64,000 bases of DNA from a bacterium (GCA_030426125.1 JAUHZB010000001.1:26462-90461); one strand, 5' to 3'; positions 19,820-29,891 are shown, counted from the first letter of the stretch. Made by a program: numbers and translations. The notes: generated from the sequence alone by a model not told the origin.

Positions 19820-20797
19820 CTAGAATTCAGCTGTGACAAAAGCCACGTATAGCGCTTTCATGACATCTTCATGAGGCGCAAATAGATACTCACGGCCATC
19901 CTTTTTTATATATTGCCGTAACCCTTCACGCGTGAGTGTAAACTCAAATTCAGTATCAGTATGTGACACAAATTCATCTGATCCAAGCATCCTAGTGCTC
20001 ATTGAAATCGGACCAGATAATGGCAAAAGGGTTACCTCGAATTCTCTATTAAAATCTTCTACGTCTAGAATATCGCCAATTGAATCAGCGGCATCAACCT
20101 CTTCAGCTAGTACTCTATATAAGCCAGTCCGTCGTTTACCGCCCATAAACCCCTCTGCAGATATTATGGGTTCTGGAACGCAGTCTTCTTGACTAACTAT
20201 TTCATCAAATCGACTACAGAGGTAGGTATAAAGTCGCCCACTTGGTATACGCAGTAAATCTGCGTTTTGCTGAATTTCATAGAATTGATGCAGTGTTCTT
20301 GGTGTATCTAGTTCTGGCAACTCAGGTTCAATAATTGGTGGCTGAACTCGTGAATCATACTCAGAATGAGGATACGGTTTGGTTTGAGGCATATCCAACA
20401 TATGCGCTAACTGTTCAGCGTCACCTGCCAACCACTTGCCATTTCGGGGGTTCTTTAAAAACGGCTGAAAATTACTAGAAATCTGAAACAGTAATTCACA
20501 TTCCTCGATTATTTCTTCGCCCCAACTAATCATAGGTGGATTTTCAACATTTCTGATCTGTACTGTAGCACCCAAAAAGTCTACAGGATCGAATGGTAAT
20601 TCGGTAATTACAATCCTATTACCAGTTCTTTGATCAACAAAAACCGAGCAGTCATCTTGAATACGATCTTCAAATAATGCCCACTCAAGCTGTCGGTCAG
20701 CTATTTCGCGAACAGCCTGAAAATTATATAGAGTATCTTCTAGATACTGCTCTGGGCTAGTTGGACTATATGGTCCGCTAGGTCTATCATTTGACAT
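19820..20797 (-). CDS. Hypothetical acidic cytoplasmic protein
   Basis: 325 aa ORF, no signal peptide or TM, TATAAT 8 nt upstream of ATG. Confidence 0.7.
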   Translation of the reverse strand: MSNDRPSGPYSPTSPEQYLEDTLYNFQAVREIADRQLEWALFEDRIQDDCSVFVDQRTGNRIVITELPFDPVDFLGATVQIRNVENPPMISWGEEIIEECELLFQISSNFQPFLKNPRNGKWLAGDAEQLAHMLDMPQTKPYPHSEYDSRVQPPIIEPELPELDTPRTLHQFYEIQQNADLLRIPSGRLYTYLCSRFDEIVSQEDCVPEPIISAEGFMGGKRRTGLYRVLAEEVDAADSIGDILDVEDFNREFEVTLLPLSGPISMSTRMLGSDEFVSHTDTEFEFTLTREGLRQYIKKDGREYLFAPHEDVMKALYVAFVTAEF

Positions 20798-20870
20798 AAG
20801 TCATAATTATAACATAATATCTGTACTTTTTCTAAGCTTAATATTTTCTCCTTTGATATACTAATGCTTA

Positions 20871-21668
20871 ATGACAAAAACCATTCTAATGTGCTCACCT
20901 ACCTACTTCGCTGTGGAGTATGAAATTAATCCCTGGATGCATACAGATAATCCAGTTCAGCTGGATATGGCTAAGCAACAATGGCAAAAACTACATGACA
21001 TTTACACCGAGAAGTTAAACTGGGAAGTTAAGTTGGTTGAACCAGTTGAACACCTTCCAGACATGGTCTTTACGGCTAACGGCGCCTTGCTATATCAGGG
21101 CAAAGTAGCTCTACCAAACTTTAGACAGCCCGATCGTCAGCCGGAAACCGCTAAGTTTGAAGCTTGGTTCAAGCAACAAGGTTATGACCAACAATTCTTA
21201 CCAAAATATAACTTTGAGGGTGAAGGAGACGCCCTAATTTGGAATGACCTACTATTCGCAGGTTATCCTTGGCGTACAGATAAACCAGCTCACCGTGAAG
21301 TAGCGGATTTCCTACAAATAAAAACAGTTAGCCTGCAACTAGCTGATGCTCGGTTCTATCACCTAGATACTGCTCTGACAATAGTAGATAAGACAACTGT
21401 GGCAATATATCCTAAAGCCTTCACTAAAGAATCCCAGCAACTAATTCACCAAATAGTGCCTCACGTAATTGAGGCTAGTGATCAAGACGCCGTAGCTTAT
21501 GGTCTGAATGCTATGAGCGATGGGAAAAACATTGTTATCCCAGAGGGAGCTAATAATCTAATTGCTAAGTACCGTGAACATGGCTACAGTGTGCACCCTA
21601 CACCAATATCTGAATTCCAAAAATCTGGTGGTGGCGTTAAATGCTTAACTTTAGAAATCAGAGTCTGA
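20871..21668 (+). CDS. Amidinotransferase/pentein superfamily hydrolase (arginine dihydrolase / DDAH-like)
   Basis: ILMCSPTYFAVEYEINPWM, PDMVFTAN, FEGEGD, FYHLDT, EFQKSGGGVKCLT (Cys-His-Asp/Glu catalytic set). Confidence 0.9.
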   Translation: MTKTILMCSPTYFAVEYEINPWMHTDNPVQLDMAKQQWQKLHDIYTEKLNWEVKLVEPVEHLPDMVFTANGALLYQGKVALPNFRQPDRQPETAKFEAWFKQQGYDQQFLPKYNFEGEGDALIWNDLLFAGYPWRTDKPAHREVADFLQIKTVSLQLADARFYHLDTALTIVDKTTVAIYPKAFTKESQQLIHQIVPHVIEASDQDAVAYGLNAMSDGKNIVIPEGANNLIAKYREHGYSVHPTPISEFQKSGGGVKCLTLEIRV

Positions 21669-22058
21669 TGGACCGTGGTACCATAAGCTATCTGCTAAAT
21701 CTTGTCGAATTACTCTGTTAGTAAATTTTTCATCCAGCACCTGAGTAGTTAATACACTATCATTCAACACATACGGTTCTCTATCCATTAAATCAACGCC
21801 TGGGAAATGTTCCAATACCCTCATTACAGCCTCATCCGTATCCAAAGCTTCATCTATTCCTTCATTCAGGAAATGCGCTTTAGTAGTAACTAATAACGAA
21901 AAGCGTCCTATTGGAGGCACTGCTAGCATCATTTCAGCTCCAACCCAATTTGCGTTGCTATCTAATTCTTTGCCATATACATCAAAAGACTGAATCGTAT
22001 GACCAATCGGATTGTGGTTTTCGGCTCCACCGTCTTTTTCAGCTCCAAGTTCATTCAT
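21651..22058 (-). CDS. Hypothetical acidic protein
   Basis: 135 aa ORF, TATAAT 8 nt upstream, 3' end overlaps the convergent neighbour. Confidence 0.6.
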   Translation of the reverse strand: MNELGAEKDGGAENHNPIGHTIQSFDVYGKELDSNANWVGAEMMLAVPPIGRFSLLVTTKAHFLNEGIDEALDTDEAVMRVLEHFPGVDLMDREPYVLNDSVLTTQVLDEKFTNRVIRQDLADSLWYHGPSDSDF

Positions 22059-22089
22059 TAAGTCTTATTATACAACATTGGTGATATAA

Positions 22090-22818
22090 TTACAACTGTT
22101 TTTTAAACAATCTTCGGTACAGATTTTCTTCGGATTTTGGGTTATCTGCGCTATCACCTATGCGGGCAATAATACTATCACTACCATCTTCAAGTTCTAC
22201 CCCCATCCAATAACCACGAATCTTACTTCTGCCGAGTTTAGTATAATTTACGCCCTTTACAGATGTTACAGTATTTTTTGGGTGTCCATGCTCTGCAAAA
22301 AACACTAAATCTTTTAAAAATGCTCTGTCTAACTTACCAACCTGATTATCTTCTGGGCCACCTTTTCGAATTTGACTAGACATAAAGGGACGTAAATCAC
22401 AGTACTGGACTGCAACACCCGAATCACTGACGAGCCTATGAACATCTAAAGACATCTGATCACTTTGTCTGTCTAAGCCAAAAATTCTACCTCTAAATTG
22501 GTCTGTTCTAATACGAGCCCCATTTTGGATTACTACTTCCGATTCAAATCCAGTGGGTGGCGTTACTTCAACCGGTGGAAAAATATCTTCAATCGCAAGA
22601 AGCCTGTATCCTCCTTGGCGAGCTAGTTCATTGGCAGCGTCTAAACCCTCATTAAACTCATGAGAACGCGGATCGAACATACTTAAATCCTCCCATAACT
22701 CCAATGGTAGCTGAGGGAGTTCCGAGGATAGTGTTTTTGAATCTGCCATAGATAATTTTTTATGTTTAATGTTTTTATAACTAACATTAAATGTATCATT
22801 AATTGTTGCTTTTGTCAA
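22090..22818 (-). CDS. Hypothetical protein (likely start MADSK at 22749)
   Basis: 242 aa ORF; no certain family; C-terminal part weakly RelE-like. Confidence 0.6.
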   Translation of the reverse strand: MTKATINDTFNVSYKNIKHKKLSMADSKTLSSELPQLPLELWEDLSMFDPRSHEFNEGLDAANELARQGGYRLLAIEDIFPPVEVTPPTGFESEVVIQNGARIRTDQFRGRIFGLDRQSDQMSLDVHRLVSDSGVAVQYCDLRPFMSSQIRKGGPEDNQVGKLDRAFLKDLVFFAEHGHPKNTVTSVKGVNYTKLGRSKIRGYWMGVELEDGSDSIIARIGDSADNPKSEENLYRRLFKKQL

Positions 22819-22820
22819 TA

Positions 22821-24227
22821 TTATGTACGCTTAAGTGCTGATCTGGCAACCCGTACTTCATCGTAGTCACGTTTGACTACCCTTTTTGGATCATTATCAT
22901 TCTGAAGTTCATGGCGGTGTTTGGCCGCTTCTGGCCCATTAGTTAGAATAGATTTTTCGTGACCCTTACCGAGTAGTAAAATGACATCGTCTTTCTTAGC
23001 TATCTCGACTGCCTTAGCTACTGCTTCTTCACGTTTATGGATTTTAAATAGATCTTTTCCATCTGTCTTTCCTGACTCGCTAGCTCCACCAGCGATCTGA
23101 TCCAGTATCTCTAGACCGTCAACGTCACGATCATCTTCTTCGGTTACTATTACGATGTCACAGTATTTACCAGCTATTCTTCCCTGCTCTGCTCGCTTAG
23201 CTTCATCACGTCGTCCAGCACTACCAAAAAGAGATATCAGGCGTCCCTTGGTGACTGGTTTAATTTCTTTGAATACTTTCTCAAAACTTTCTGGAGTATG
23301 GGCATAATCTACAATAACTTCAAAGTCTTGTCCTTCATCAACTCTGGTCATCCGACCTTCAACCGTCTTTAGACTAGCAATCCCCTGCTCTACCTGCTCG
23401 GTAGTCAAGCCGATGGCTCTACCGACAGCCACGCAAGCTAGCGAATTATATACATTGAAACTACCTGGCAAATGACACTGTATTGCATAACTATCTTCCT
23501 CAATCTTGGCGGTGTACTTGCTACCAGCCGGCGTGGTTTGAATATCTACAGCCCTAAGTTGCCCGTTTTCTACTCCATAACTAATTGGGTTGGCAACTTC
23601 TTTAGCAAATAGCTCTCCGCTTGGGTCATCAGCATTTGCCACCCCAACCCTTAAACCTGCCTTGTTCTGATTTACCTGCTTAAACAGTAGTTTCTTAGCA
23701 TCTCTATAACGTTCAAAAGTACCGTGGTAGTCCAAATGTTCATGACCAATATTAGTCATCACCCCAATAGATATGGGCACCCCCCAGACTCGGTGCTGGG
23801 CCAAAGCATGGGAGGTAATCTCCATTATTAGCCAATCCACTTCATTGGCTTTTATTGTCTTTACAATGGTCATCAACTCACCGGCACCCATAGTGGTCAT
23901 CCGGGTGGAGTTTGGTTGTTCCCCTTTGCCGTCACCATAGTCAACACTTATGGTAGTAATTACTGCCACCTTAAGTCCGGCGTTTCGAAGCATTTGGGCA
24001 ATAAGTGTGGAAGTGGTGGTCTTCCCATCAGTGCCAGTAACTCCAATAATATTCATGCCTTTAGCTGGAAAGCCGTGCTGATACTGGGCAATTACTGCCT
24101 CTGCTAAGTGGCCAGTCGGTTCTATTCTCTTAAAAATAGCGCTTGGTATTACTTTCTTTACTGTATCTCGCAAATTCATAGCTACATTATTCCACGACCA
24201 AAGCACATTAGCCATTGAATTATGCAA
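22821..24227 (-). CDS. murE: UDP-N-acetylmuramyl-tripeptide synthetase (likely start MNLRD at 24179)
   Basis: GVTGTDGKTTT, MEITSHALAQHR, EHLDYHGT, VDYAHTPES, LLGKGHE. Confidence 0.93.
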   Translation of the reverse strand: MHNSMANVLWSWNNVAMNLRDTVKKVIPSAIFKRIEPTGHLAEAVIAQYQHGFPAKGMNIIGVTGTDGKTTTSTLIAQMLRNAGLKVAVITTISVDYGDGKGEQPNSTRMTTMGAGELMTIVKTIKANEVDWLIMEITSHALAQHRVWGVPISIGVMTNIGHEHLDYHGTFERYRDAKKLLFKQVNQNKAGLRVGVANADDPSGELFAKEVANPISYGVENGQLRAVDIQTTPAGSKYTAKIEEDSYAIQCHLPGSFNVYNSLACVAVGRAIGLTTEQVEQGIASLKTVEGRMTRVDEGQDFEVIVDYAHTPESFEKVFKEIKPVTKGRLISLFGSAGRRDEAKRAEQGRIAGKYCDIVIVTEEDDRDVDGLEILDQIAGGASESGKTDGKDLFKIHKREEAVAKAVEIAKKDDVILLLGKGHEKSILTNGPEAAKHRHELQNDNDPKRVVKRDYDEVRVARSALKRT

Positions 24228-24279
24228 TTTAGTCCTTTCTTGGTTATTAGTTCCCTTTTTAAGCTATAATGCAACAGAT

Positions 24280-25446
24280 ATGAGAGTTCTTGGAATTGAA
24301 ACTAGCTGTGATGAAACCAGTGCTTCTGTAGTTGAAGATGGCAATAAATTGTTGTCTCTAGTTACCTCCACTTCACTGGATCTACACGCCCAATATGGCG
24401 GAGTAGTGCCCGAGATTGCTGCTAGAAGCCACATTGAAGCCATTATGCCAGTTATTGAACAAACATTAAGCGAAGCTGGTAATAATGAACCTAAACTCAC
24501 TGAAAACGGCCTAAATATCTGGGATAGCATTGATGCTATTGCCGTTACCTACGGAGCTGGTTTAGGTGGTTGCCTGCTAGTCGGAGTAATGACTGCTCGA
24601 ACTCTTGCCATTACCAAAAACAAGCCCCTATATGCCATTAACCACGTCGAAGCACATGTATATGCCAACTTTCTAACCGAGCTAGCGCCCGGACTAGCTG
24701 ATGCCTACAAACTGCCAAGTAGTCAGCCCGACTTCCCTTGCCTGGCTCTTATTGTCAGTGGTGGTCACAGTCAACTTGTCTATTTTAAAGATCACTTTGA
24801 CTATATCTTACTAGGCCAAACCGTTGATGATGCCATCGGTGAAGCCTTCGATAAAGTAGCTAAAATCTTAGGTCTTCCCTACCCTGGCGGACCAAGTATT
24901 GCCCAGCAAGCAGTCTCTGGTAACCCCAAGGCTTTTGATTTCCCTAAAGCCAAACTTCATACCGAAAATACTGATCTAGAAAAATTCCGAAAAGAAATGG
25001 ACACTAATCCCAGCAATAATAAAACTAACTATGATTATTCTTTTTCTGGCCCCAAAACTGCCGTTTTAAGGACTATTCAAAAGCTTTGCGGGAAAAACCA
25101 CGACTTCCCTTCTTTTAAGCTAGCAGAGCTGCTCAGTGAGTCTCAGAAAGCAGACATAGCAGCCAGCTTCCAACGCGTTGCTGTTGAAACGGTCGTAGAC
25201 AAAACAGTCCAAGCCTATAATGAATTCCAGCCGAAATCGGTGGTGATTGGTGGCGGTGTAGCTGCCAGCCCAGAGCTAAGAAGACAACTGGCTGAAAAAT
25301 TACCTATTAGCATCCAGTACACCGATCCGAAGCTATGCACCGATAACGGTGCCATGGTCGCTACTCTAGGCTGTTTTAAGAGAGAACACCAACAACCAAC
25401 GGCCGATCCTTACAGTTTAGATATCCAGCCGAACTTATCGATGTAG
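24280..25446 (+). CDS. tsaD: tRNA N6-adenosine threonylcarbamoyltransferase
   Basis: LGIETSCDET, YGGVVPEIAARSH, NHVEAH, SGGHS, DDAIGEAFDKVA, CTDNGAMV. Confidence 0.97.
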   Translation: MRVLGIETSCDETSASVVEDGNKLLSLVTSTSLDLHAQYGGVVPEIAARSHIEAIMPVIEQTLSEAGNNEPKLTENGLNIWDSIDAIAVTYGAGLGGCLLVGVMTARTLAITKNKPLYAINHVEAHVYANFLTELAPGLADAYKLPSSQPDFPCLALIVSGGHSQLVYFKDHFDYILLGQTVDDAIGEAFDKVAKILGLPYPGGPSIAQQAVSGNPKAFDFPKAKLHTENTDLEKFRKEMDTNPSNNKTNYDYSFSGPKTAVLRTIQKLCGKNHDFPSFKLAELLSESQKADIAASFQRVAVETVVDKTVQAYNEFQPKSVVIGGGVAASPELRRQLAEKLPISIQYTDPKLCTDNGAMVATLGCFKREHQQPTADPYSLDIQPNLSM

Positions 25447-25663
25447 GCCTCTGTTGTAGATATACTTACAACATATATGGTTATGCTTGTCAATGTTGAC
25501 GCTTATGTTTTATAGCGTTACTCTATTATCGAAAACAAACATTTTGTGTAGCTCTAAAAAAACCTTGGAGCTACACACAATTCAGAAAAAATTAGTTAAA
25601 TCGGTCGTGTGGGCGACGTTAAAGAGGACTTCTGCGACAATAAGTCTTGTTTTTGGTTGCCTA

Positions 25664-25679
25664 TTTTTCACGTGAAACG
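25664..25679. promoter_or_regulatory. parS-like palindrome
   Basis: TTTTTCACGTGAAACG, 14/16 match to TGTTTCACGTGAAACA, intergenic between tsaD and valS. Confidence 0.5.
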
Positions 25680-25798
25680 GCTAATGTTTCAACTATTGCA
25701 GTTTCTAACAGAGGTGCTATGATGTAAGCAACATAACTAATGTGTTGATGTGTAAATATTAATCCCCTTGGAGAACAGTTGTACCGACTTATCGAATT

Positions 25799-28348
25799 AT
25801 GAAGTTACCAAAAACCTACGATCCTCAAAAAAGCGAAGCTAATATCTATAAGCTTTGGGAAGAAAATGGAGCTTTTAAGCCAAAAAACAGAGGTTCCAAG
25901 GCTAGCTTTAGCATGGTTGTGCCACCACCAAACGCCAACGGCGATCTACATATGGGCCATGGCCTAACCCTTGGGATTGAAGACATCGCCGTACGCTACC
26001 ACCGGATGAAAGGTGAAGCTTCCCTGCTCTTGCCTGGCGCCGATCACGCCGGCTTTGAAACTTGGGTAGTTTACGAAAAACAACTAGTCAAAGAAGGCAA
26101 AAGTCGTTTCGATTTCTCTCGTGAGGAACTCTACCGTCAGATTTGGGATTTTGTAGCCCTAAATAAAGACAATTACCAAACACAATTCCGCCAACTAGGT
26201 GCCAGTGTCGATTGGTCTAGGTTTGTCTATACCCTAGATGACAAAATTATTAAGCAAGCCTACAAATCTTTCAAGAAGATGTGGGATGATGGATTAATCT
26301 ATCGGGCCAACAAACTGGTGAATTTCTGTACTTACCACGGTACCGGTTTTGCAGATATAGAAGTAGCTCATAAAGACAGTAAAGGACACCTTTGGTACAT
26401 TGAATACCCGCTAACCGATGGTAGTGGAGTTATTGAAGTAGCAACTACCCGTCCAGAAACAATGCTCGGTGACACCGCTGTAGCCGTTAATCCTGAAGAT
26501 GAACGCTACCAGAAGTTTATCGGTAAAACCATAAAATTACCGCTGACCAACAGGGAAATCCCAATCATTGCCGATGACTACGTCGACTCTGATTACGGAA
26601 CCGGCGCCGTCAAGATAACTCCGGCACACGACCCCAACGATTTCGATATGTCTGAACGCCATGATTTAGCCAAAATAACAGTTATTGGTCATGATGGGCT
26701 AATTACTCACCAAGCTCCTGAAGAGTTTGTTGGACTAGACGTGGACCAGGCCAGGGAAGCAGTAATCAAAGCTCTGACTGATCAGAAATTACTAAAGAAA
26801 AGGGAAGAGATCGAACATAGCGTAGCCCATTGCTACAAATGTGACACTGTTATTCAACCCCTACTACGTGAACAGTGGTTTATTGACACTAAACCTCTAG
26901 CGAGTGAGGCTATCAAGGCCTTAAAAGATAAGAAAATTAAATTCTATCCAGACAATAAACGAGTTCAACTTATTAACTACCTAGAAGGTCTTCGGGATTG
27001 GAACATTAGTCGCCAGATTGCTTGGGGAATACCGATTCCAGCCTTCCGCAGTGCTAGCGACCCAGATAAATGGATATTCAACGAACAAGTTGATCAGGAA
27101 ACCATCACTGTTGATGGCCAGCAATACTATCGTGATCCAGACGTATTTGATACTTGGTTTAGTAGCTCCAGCTGGCCCTACGCCACTCTAGATTTTCCGG
27201 GTGGGGAAGACTTCGATAAATTCTATCCATTAAGTACCATGGAGACCGGCGCCGACATTCTCTACCCCTGGGTCAGTCGCATGATAATGTTCGGCCTCTA
27301 TAACACCGGTAAAATTCCTTTCGAAAACGTCTACCTACACGGGCTAATCCAAGACGAAAATGGTCAAAAGATGAGTAAAAGTAAGGGTAATGTTATTAAC
27401 CCAATAATTAAAGTTAAAGAATTCGGCTCTGATGCATTTCGTATGGGCATCATTTCTGGTGAATCAGCTGGCAATAACAGACCCTACGACGAATCTAAAA
27501 TTATTGGAGCTCGAAACTTCTGCAATAAGCTATGGAACATCGCCCGTTTTATTCAGGAAAAAACAACTGATACAAAAACCGACCAAGAACCGCAAGCTGT
27601 CACTATAGCTGATCATTGGATGTTGTCTAAGCTACAACAAGTAACAGAGAAGGTTAGCAAGAATTTAGATGACTACCGCTTCAGTGAGGCCTACGATAGT
27701 ATTTACCACTTCGTGTGGGATGACTTCGCAAGCTGGTACATAGAAGCTTCCAAGACGAAGCCAAATCTAGGGCTTCTAAAGTTTGGGCTACAGTCAATTC
27801 TAAAACTTACCCACCCATTTGCTCCATTTGTAACCGAAACCATCTGGCAAGAGCTAGATTGGAGCGATGAACTACTAATTACCTCCGCCTGGCCAGTAGT
27901 TGATAGCGCCGATAAATCTGCTGCTAAACAATTCGAAGATTTGAAGAATATAGTTACCGAAATTCGGCAACTCAAGAAAGCTATTGGTTTCAAGCAAAGC
28001 AAGCTACTGCACTCCAGTAAACTAATTAGCGAACAATCTGAACTACTAGGCCAACTAGCAAAGATTGACCAGCTCCAGAAAACAGACGAGGGAAGGGGAT
28101 ATCGCTTAAAATCTACCTCGCAACAAGCCTGGCTAGACATCGATGAACAGACTCTAAAGTCCTACCATAAACAACTACGCGAAAAACTAGGTAACACCAA
28201 CCAGCAAATAGATAACCTAGTTGGTCGCTTAGCTAATAAAAGCTACTTAGAAAACGCTCCCGCTAAGTTGGTTGAAGACACTAAACAACAACTGGAAGAA
28301 GCGCGCACTAAAGCTGATCTACTCAAAAAAGAAATCGGGCAACTGTAA
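25799..28348 (+). CDS. valS: Valine--tRNA ligase
   Basis: PPPNANGDLHMGH, ATTRPETMLGDTAVAV, DWNISRQIAWG, KMSKS, C-terminal coiled coil. Confidence 0.97.
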   Translation: MKLPKTYDPQKSEANIYKLWEENGAFKPKNRGSKASFSMVVPPPNANGDLHMGHGLTLGIEDIAVRYHRMKGEASLLLPGADHAGFETWVVYEKQLVKEGKSRFDFSREELYRQIWDFVALNKDNYQTQFRQLGASVDWSRFVYTLDDKIIKQAYKSFKKMWDDGLIYRANKLVNFCTYHGTGFADIEVAHKDSKGHLWYIEYPLTDGSGVIEVATTRPETMLGDTAVAVNPEDERYQKFIGKTIKLPLTNREIPIIADDYVDSDYGTGAVKITPAHDPNDFDMSERHDLAKITVIGHDGLITHQAPEEFVGLDVDQAREAVIKALTDQKLLKKREEIEHSVAHCYKCDTVIQPLLREQWFIDTKPLASEAIKALKDKKIKFYPDNKRVQLINYLEGLRDWNISRQIAWGIPIPAFRSASDPDKWIFNEQVDQETITVDGQQYYRDPDVFDTWFSSSSWPYATLDFPGGEDFDKFYPLSTMETGADILYPWVSRMIMFGLYNTGKIPFENVYLHGLIQDENGQKMSKSKGNVINPIIKVKEFGSDAFRMGIISGESAGNNRPYDESKIIGARNFCNKLWNIARFIQEKTTDTKTDQEPQAVTIADHWMLSKLQQVTEKVSKNLDDYRFSEAYDSIYHFVWDDFASWYIEASKTKPNLGLLKFGLQSILKLTHPFAPFVTETIWQELDWSDELLITSAWPVVDSADKSAAKQFEDLKNIVTEIRQLKKAIGFKQSKLLHSSKLISEQSELLGQLAKIDQLQKTDEGRGYRLKSTSQQAWLDIDEQTLKSYHKQLREKLGNTNQQIDNLVGRLANKSYLENAPAKLVEDTKQQLEEARTKADLLKKEIGQL

Positions 28349-28350
28349 CC

Positions 28351-29208
28351 CTAACCTTTGGCCGGCTCTAAAGCGATTCTAGCCCTTTTAGCTGATTCAG
28401 CGCTGTCATAGTCGTTAAACCACATTACATGCCAGCCAGCCTTCTGTGCGGGCATCAGGTTAGCCCTAGTATCGTCAATTAGTAGTATCTCTTCAGCCGC
28501 TACTCCAGCCTTGGCTTCGGCCACCTGGTAAACCTTTGGGTTGGGTTTAATCTCGCCGACTTCGGAAGAGTCGACAATAGCGTCATATTTTACCTCAGGT
28601 AGTAGTCCGGCATTCATCATCTGTTTAATGAAGCCTTGGCCAATATTGCTCATTAGCCCCACTAAGTAATGTTCTGAGGCCCAACGCACTAGATCGTGCA
28701 TTTCTTGAATCGGCTCAACTGCTTTTATGTAGTAGTCTTCCCAATCTATACGCTCAATACCAAGGTCTTTAGCAAACTGTTTGTTGAACTGGCTTATAGT
28801 CATCTCGCCGGTACAAACGTCATCGTTATATTTCCAGAAGGTAGATTCAATTATGTCGGGAGTTAATTGGTAATCCTCAGCTATCGCCGTGAAAGCTCTA
28901 TGGAAGAAGCGCACTAAACAGCCATTAATGTCGAAGTAAATAAAACGGACACCGCTTTTGGTGACTTGCTTTTCACTATTATTGCTTACGGCCTTAAAAC
29001 CGACTAGATCATCTAGCGACACTCCTAAGACTTCGGCAATAGAACGAATGGTAAAGATAGAAGGGGATTTAATAGCCCCTCTCTCTATCTTTGCTAAGGT
29101 AGAGTAGCTAAGATTGGCCTTCTGACACATCGCCTGTTGAGTCAGGCCGGCATTTTGCCGGGCCGACTGCAATCTCTGACCAAGACTCTTTTCGTCCACC
29201 ACACTCAT
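28351..29208 (-). CDS. XRE-family HTH fused to HAD-IA hydrolase
   Basis: LTQQAMCQKANLSYSTLAKIERG HTH; HAD motifs YFDINGCL, LMSN, KPNP.VY, IDD..ANL. Confidence 0.88.
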   Translation of the reverse strand: MSVVDEKSLGQRLQSARQNAGLTQQAMCQKANLSYSTLAKIERGAIKSPSIFTIRSIAEVLGVSLDDLVGFKAVSNNSEKQVTKSGVRFIYFDINGCLVRFFHRAFTAIAEDYQLTPDIIESTFWKYNDDVCTGEMTISQFNKQFAKDLGIERIDWEDYYIKAVEPIQEMHDLVRWASEHYLVGLMSNIGQGFIKQMMNAGLLPEVKYDAIVDSSEVGEIKPNPKVYQVAEAKAGVAAEEILLIDDTRANLMPAQKAGWHVMWFNDYDSAESAKRARIALEPAKG

Positions 29209-29295
29209 TAGCCATATAATACCAATTCGTGACCAAAAAACCTAGTGTTTTATGTACTATGTGGCTATCTGAATTAAAGCCTAGATCAAGGTCGT

Positions 29296-29481
29296 TTAGC
29301 TCTCGATTAGGTTTGTTATGAAAATCAATATGCTATAGAAGAGAATAAAGGCCATAACGCCAACAACGCCAGCACCAATTAGTGAGCGCTGGGTTATGCC
29401 ACCACTGCGACGCTGGAATTTACTATAGACCCAAACAGATACGCTAATCGAGAAAATAAAAGAGGTTAAAAAGTTGCCCAT
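29296..29481 (-). CDS. Small 2-TM membrane protein
   Basis: 61 aa ORF, two hydrophobic segments around RRSGG, directly downstream of the HIT gene. Confidence 0.6.
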   Translation of the reverse strand: MGNFLTSFIFSISVSVWVYSKFQRRSGGITQRSLIGAGVVGVMAFILFYSILIFITNLIES

Positions 29482-29486
29482 GTTAC

Positions 29487-29891
29487 TTAAATTATAGCAC
29501 TTTCGGTAATTTTTTTAGCAACTTCTTCTAGAGCTGACAAGTCTGGCTGATTTTCCGGATCGGGAACAAACAGGTATTCCTCTAAGGTGTCGAATGGCAA
29601 CACATGAACGTGAGCATGTGGCACTTCAATTCCAACAACTTGAATACCGATTCTTTTTCGCTTAAAGACTTCTTTTAGTTTTTTAGAGACCTTGTGTACC
29701 GTACTCCAAACCGCTTGATAGTCTTCAGGTTCTAGATCATCAATATGGTCAATCTGTTTTTTGGGAATTACTAGGGTGTGTCCCGGTTGTGAAGGGTTAA
29801 TAGTTAAAATGGCGATTGTTTTATCGTCTTCATAGAGTTTAAAACTCGGTAACTCATCTTTAATAATCTTGGTAAATACTGAATCAGTCAT
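29487..29891 (-). CDS. HIT family nucleotide hydrolase
   Basis: SVFTKII, PGHTLVIPK, histidine triad VPHAHVHVLP. Confidence 0.95.
   Translation of the reverse strand: MTDSVFTKIIKDELPSFKLYEDDKTIAILTINPSQPGHTLVIPKKQIDHIDDLEPEDYQAVWSTVHKVSKKLKEVFKRKRIGIQVVGIEVPHAHVHVLPFDTLEEYLFVPDPENQPDLSALEEVAKKITESAII

Noticed and set aside
25602-25650. Pistol ribozyme (GTCG-TGTGGG-CGAC-GTTAAA resembles the pistol 5' stem and linker)
   Set aside because: The required pseudoknot partner (CCCACA-like) is not present downstream.
25447-25798. T-box riboswitch ahead of valS
   Set aside because: No GGTGGNACCGCG T-box sequence or adjacent terminator before the start codon.
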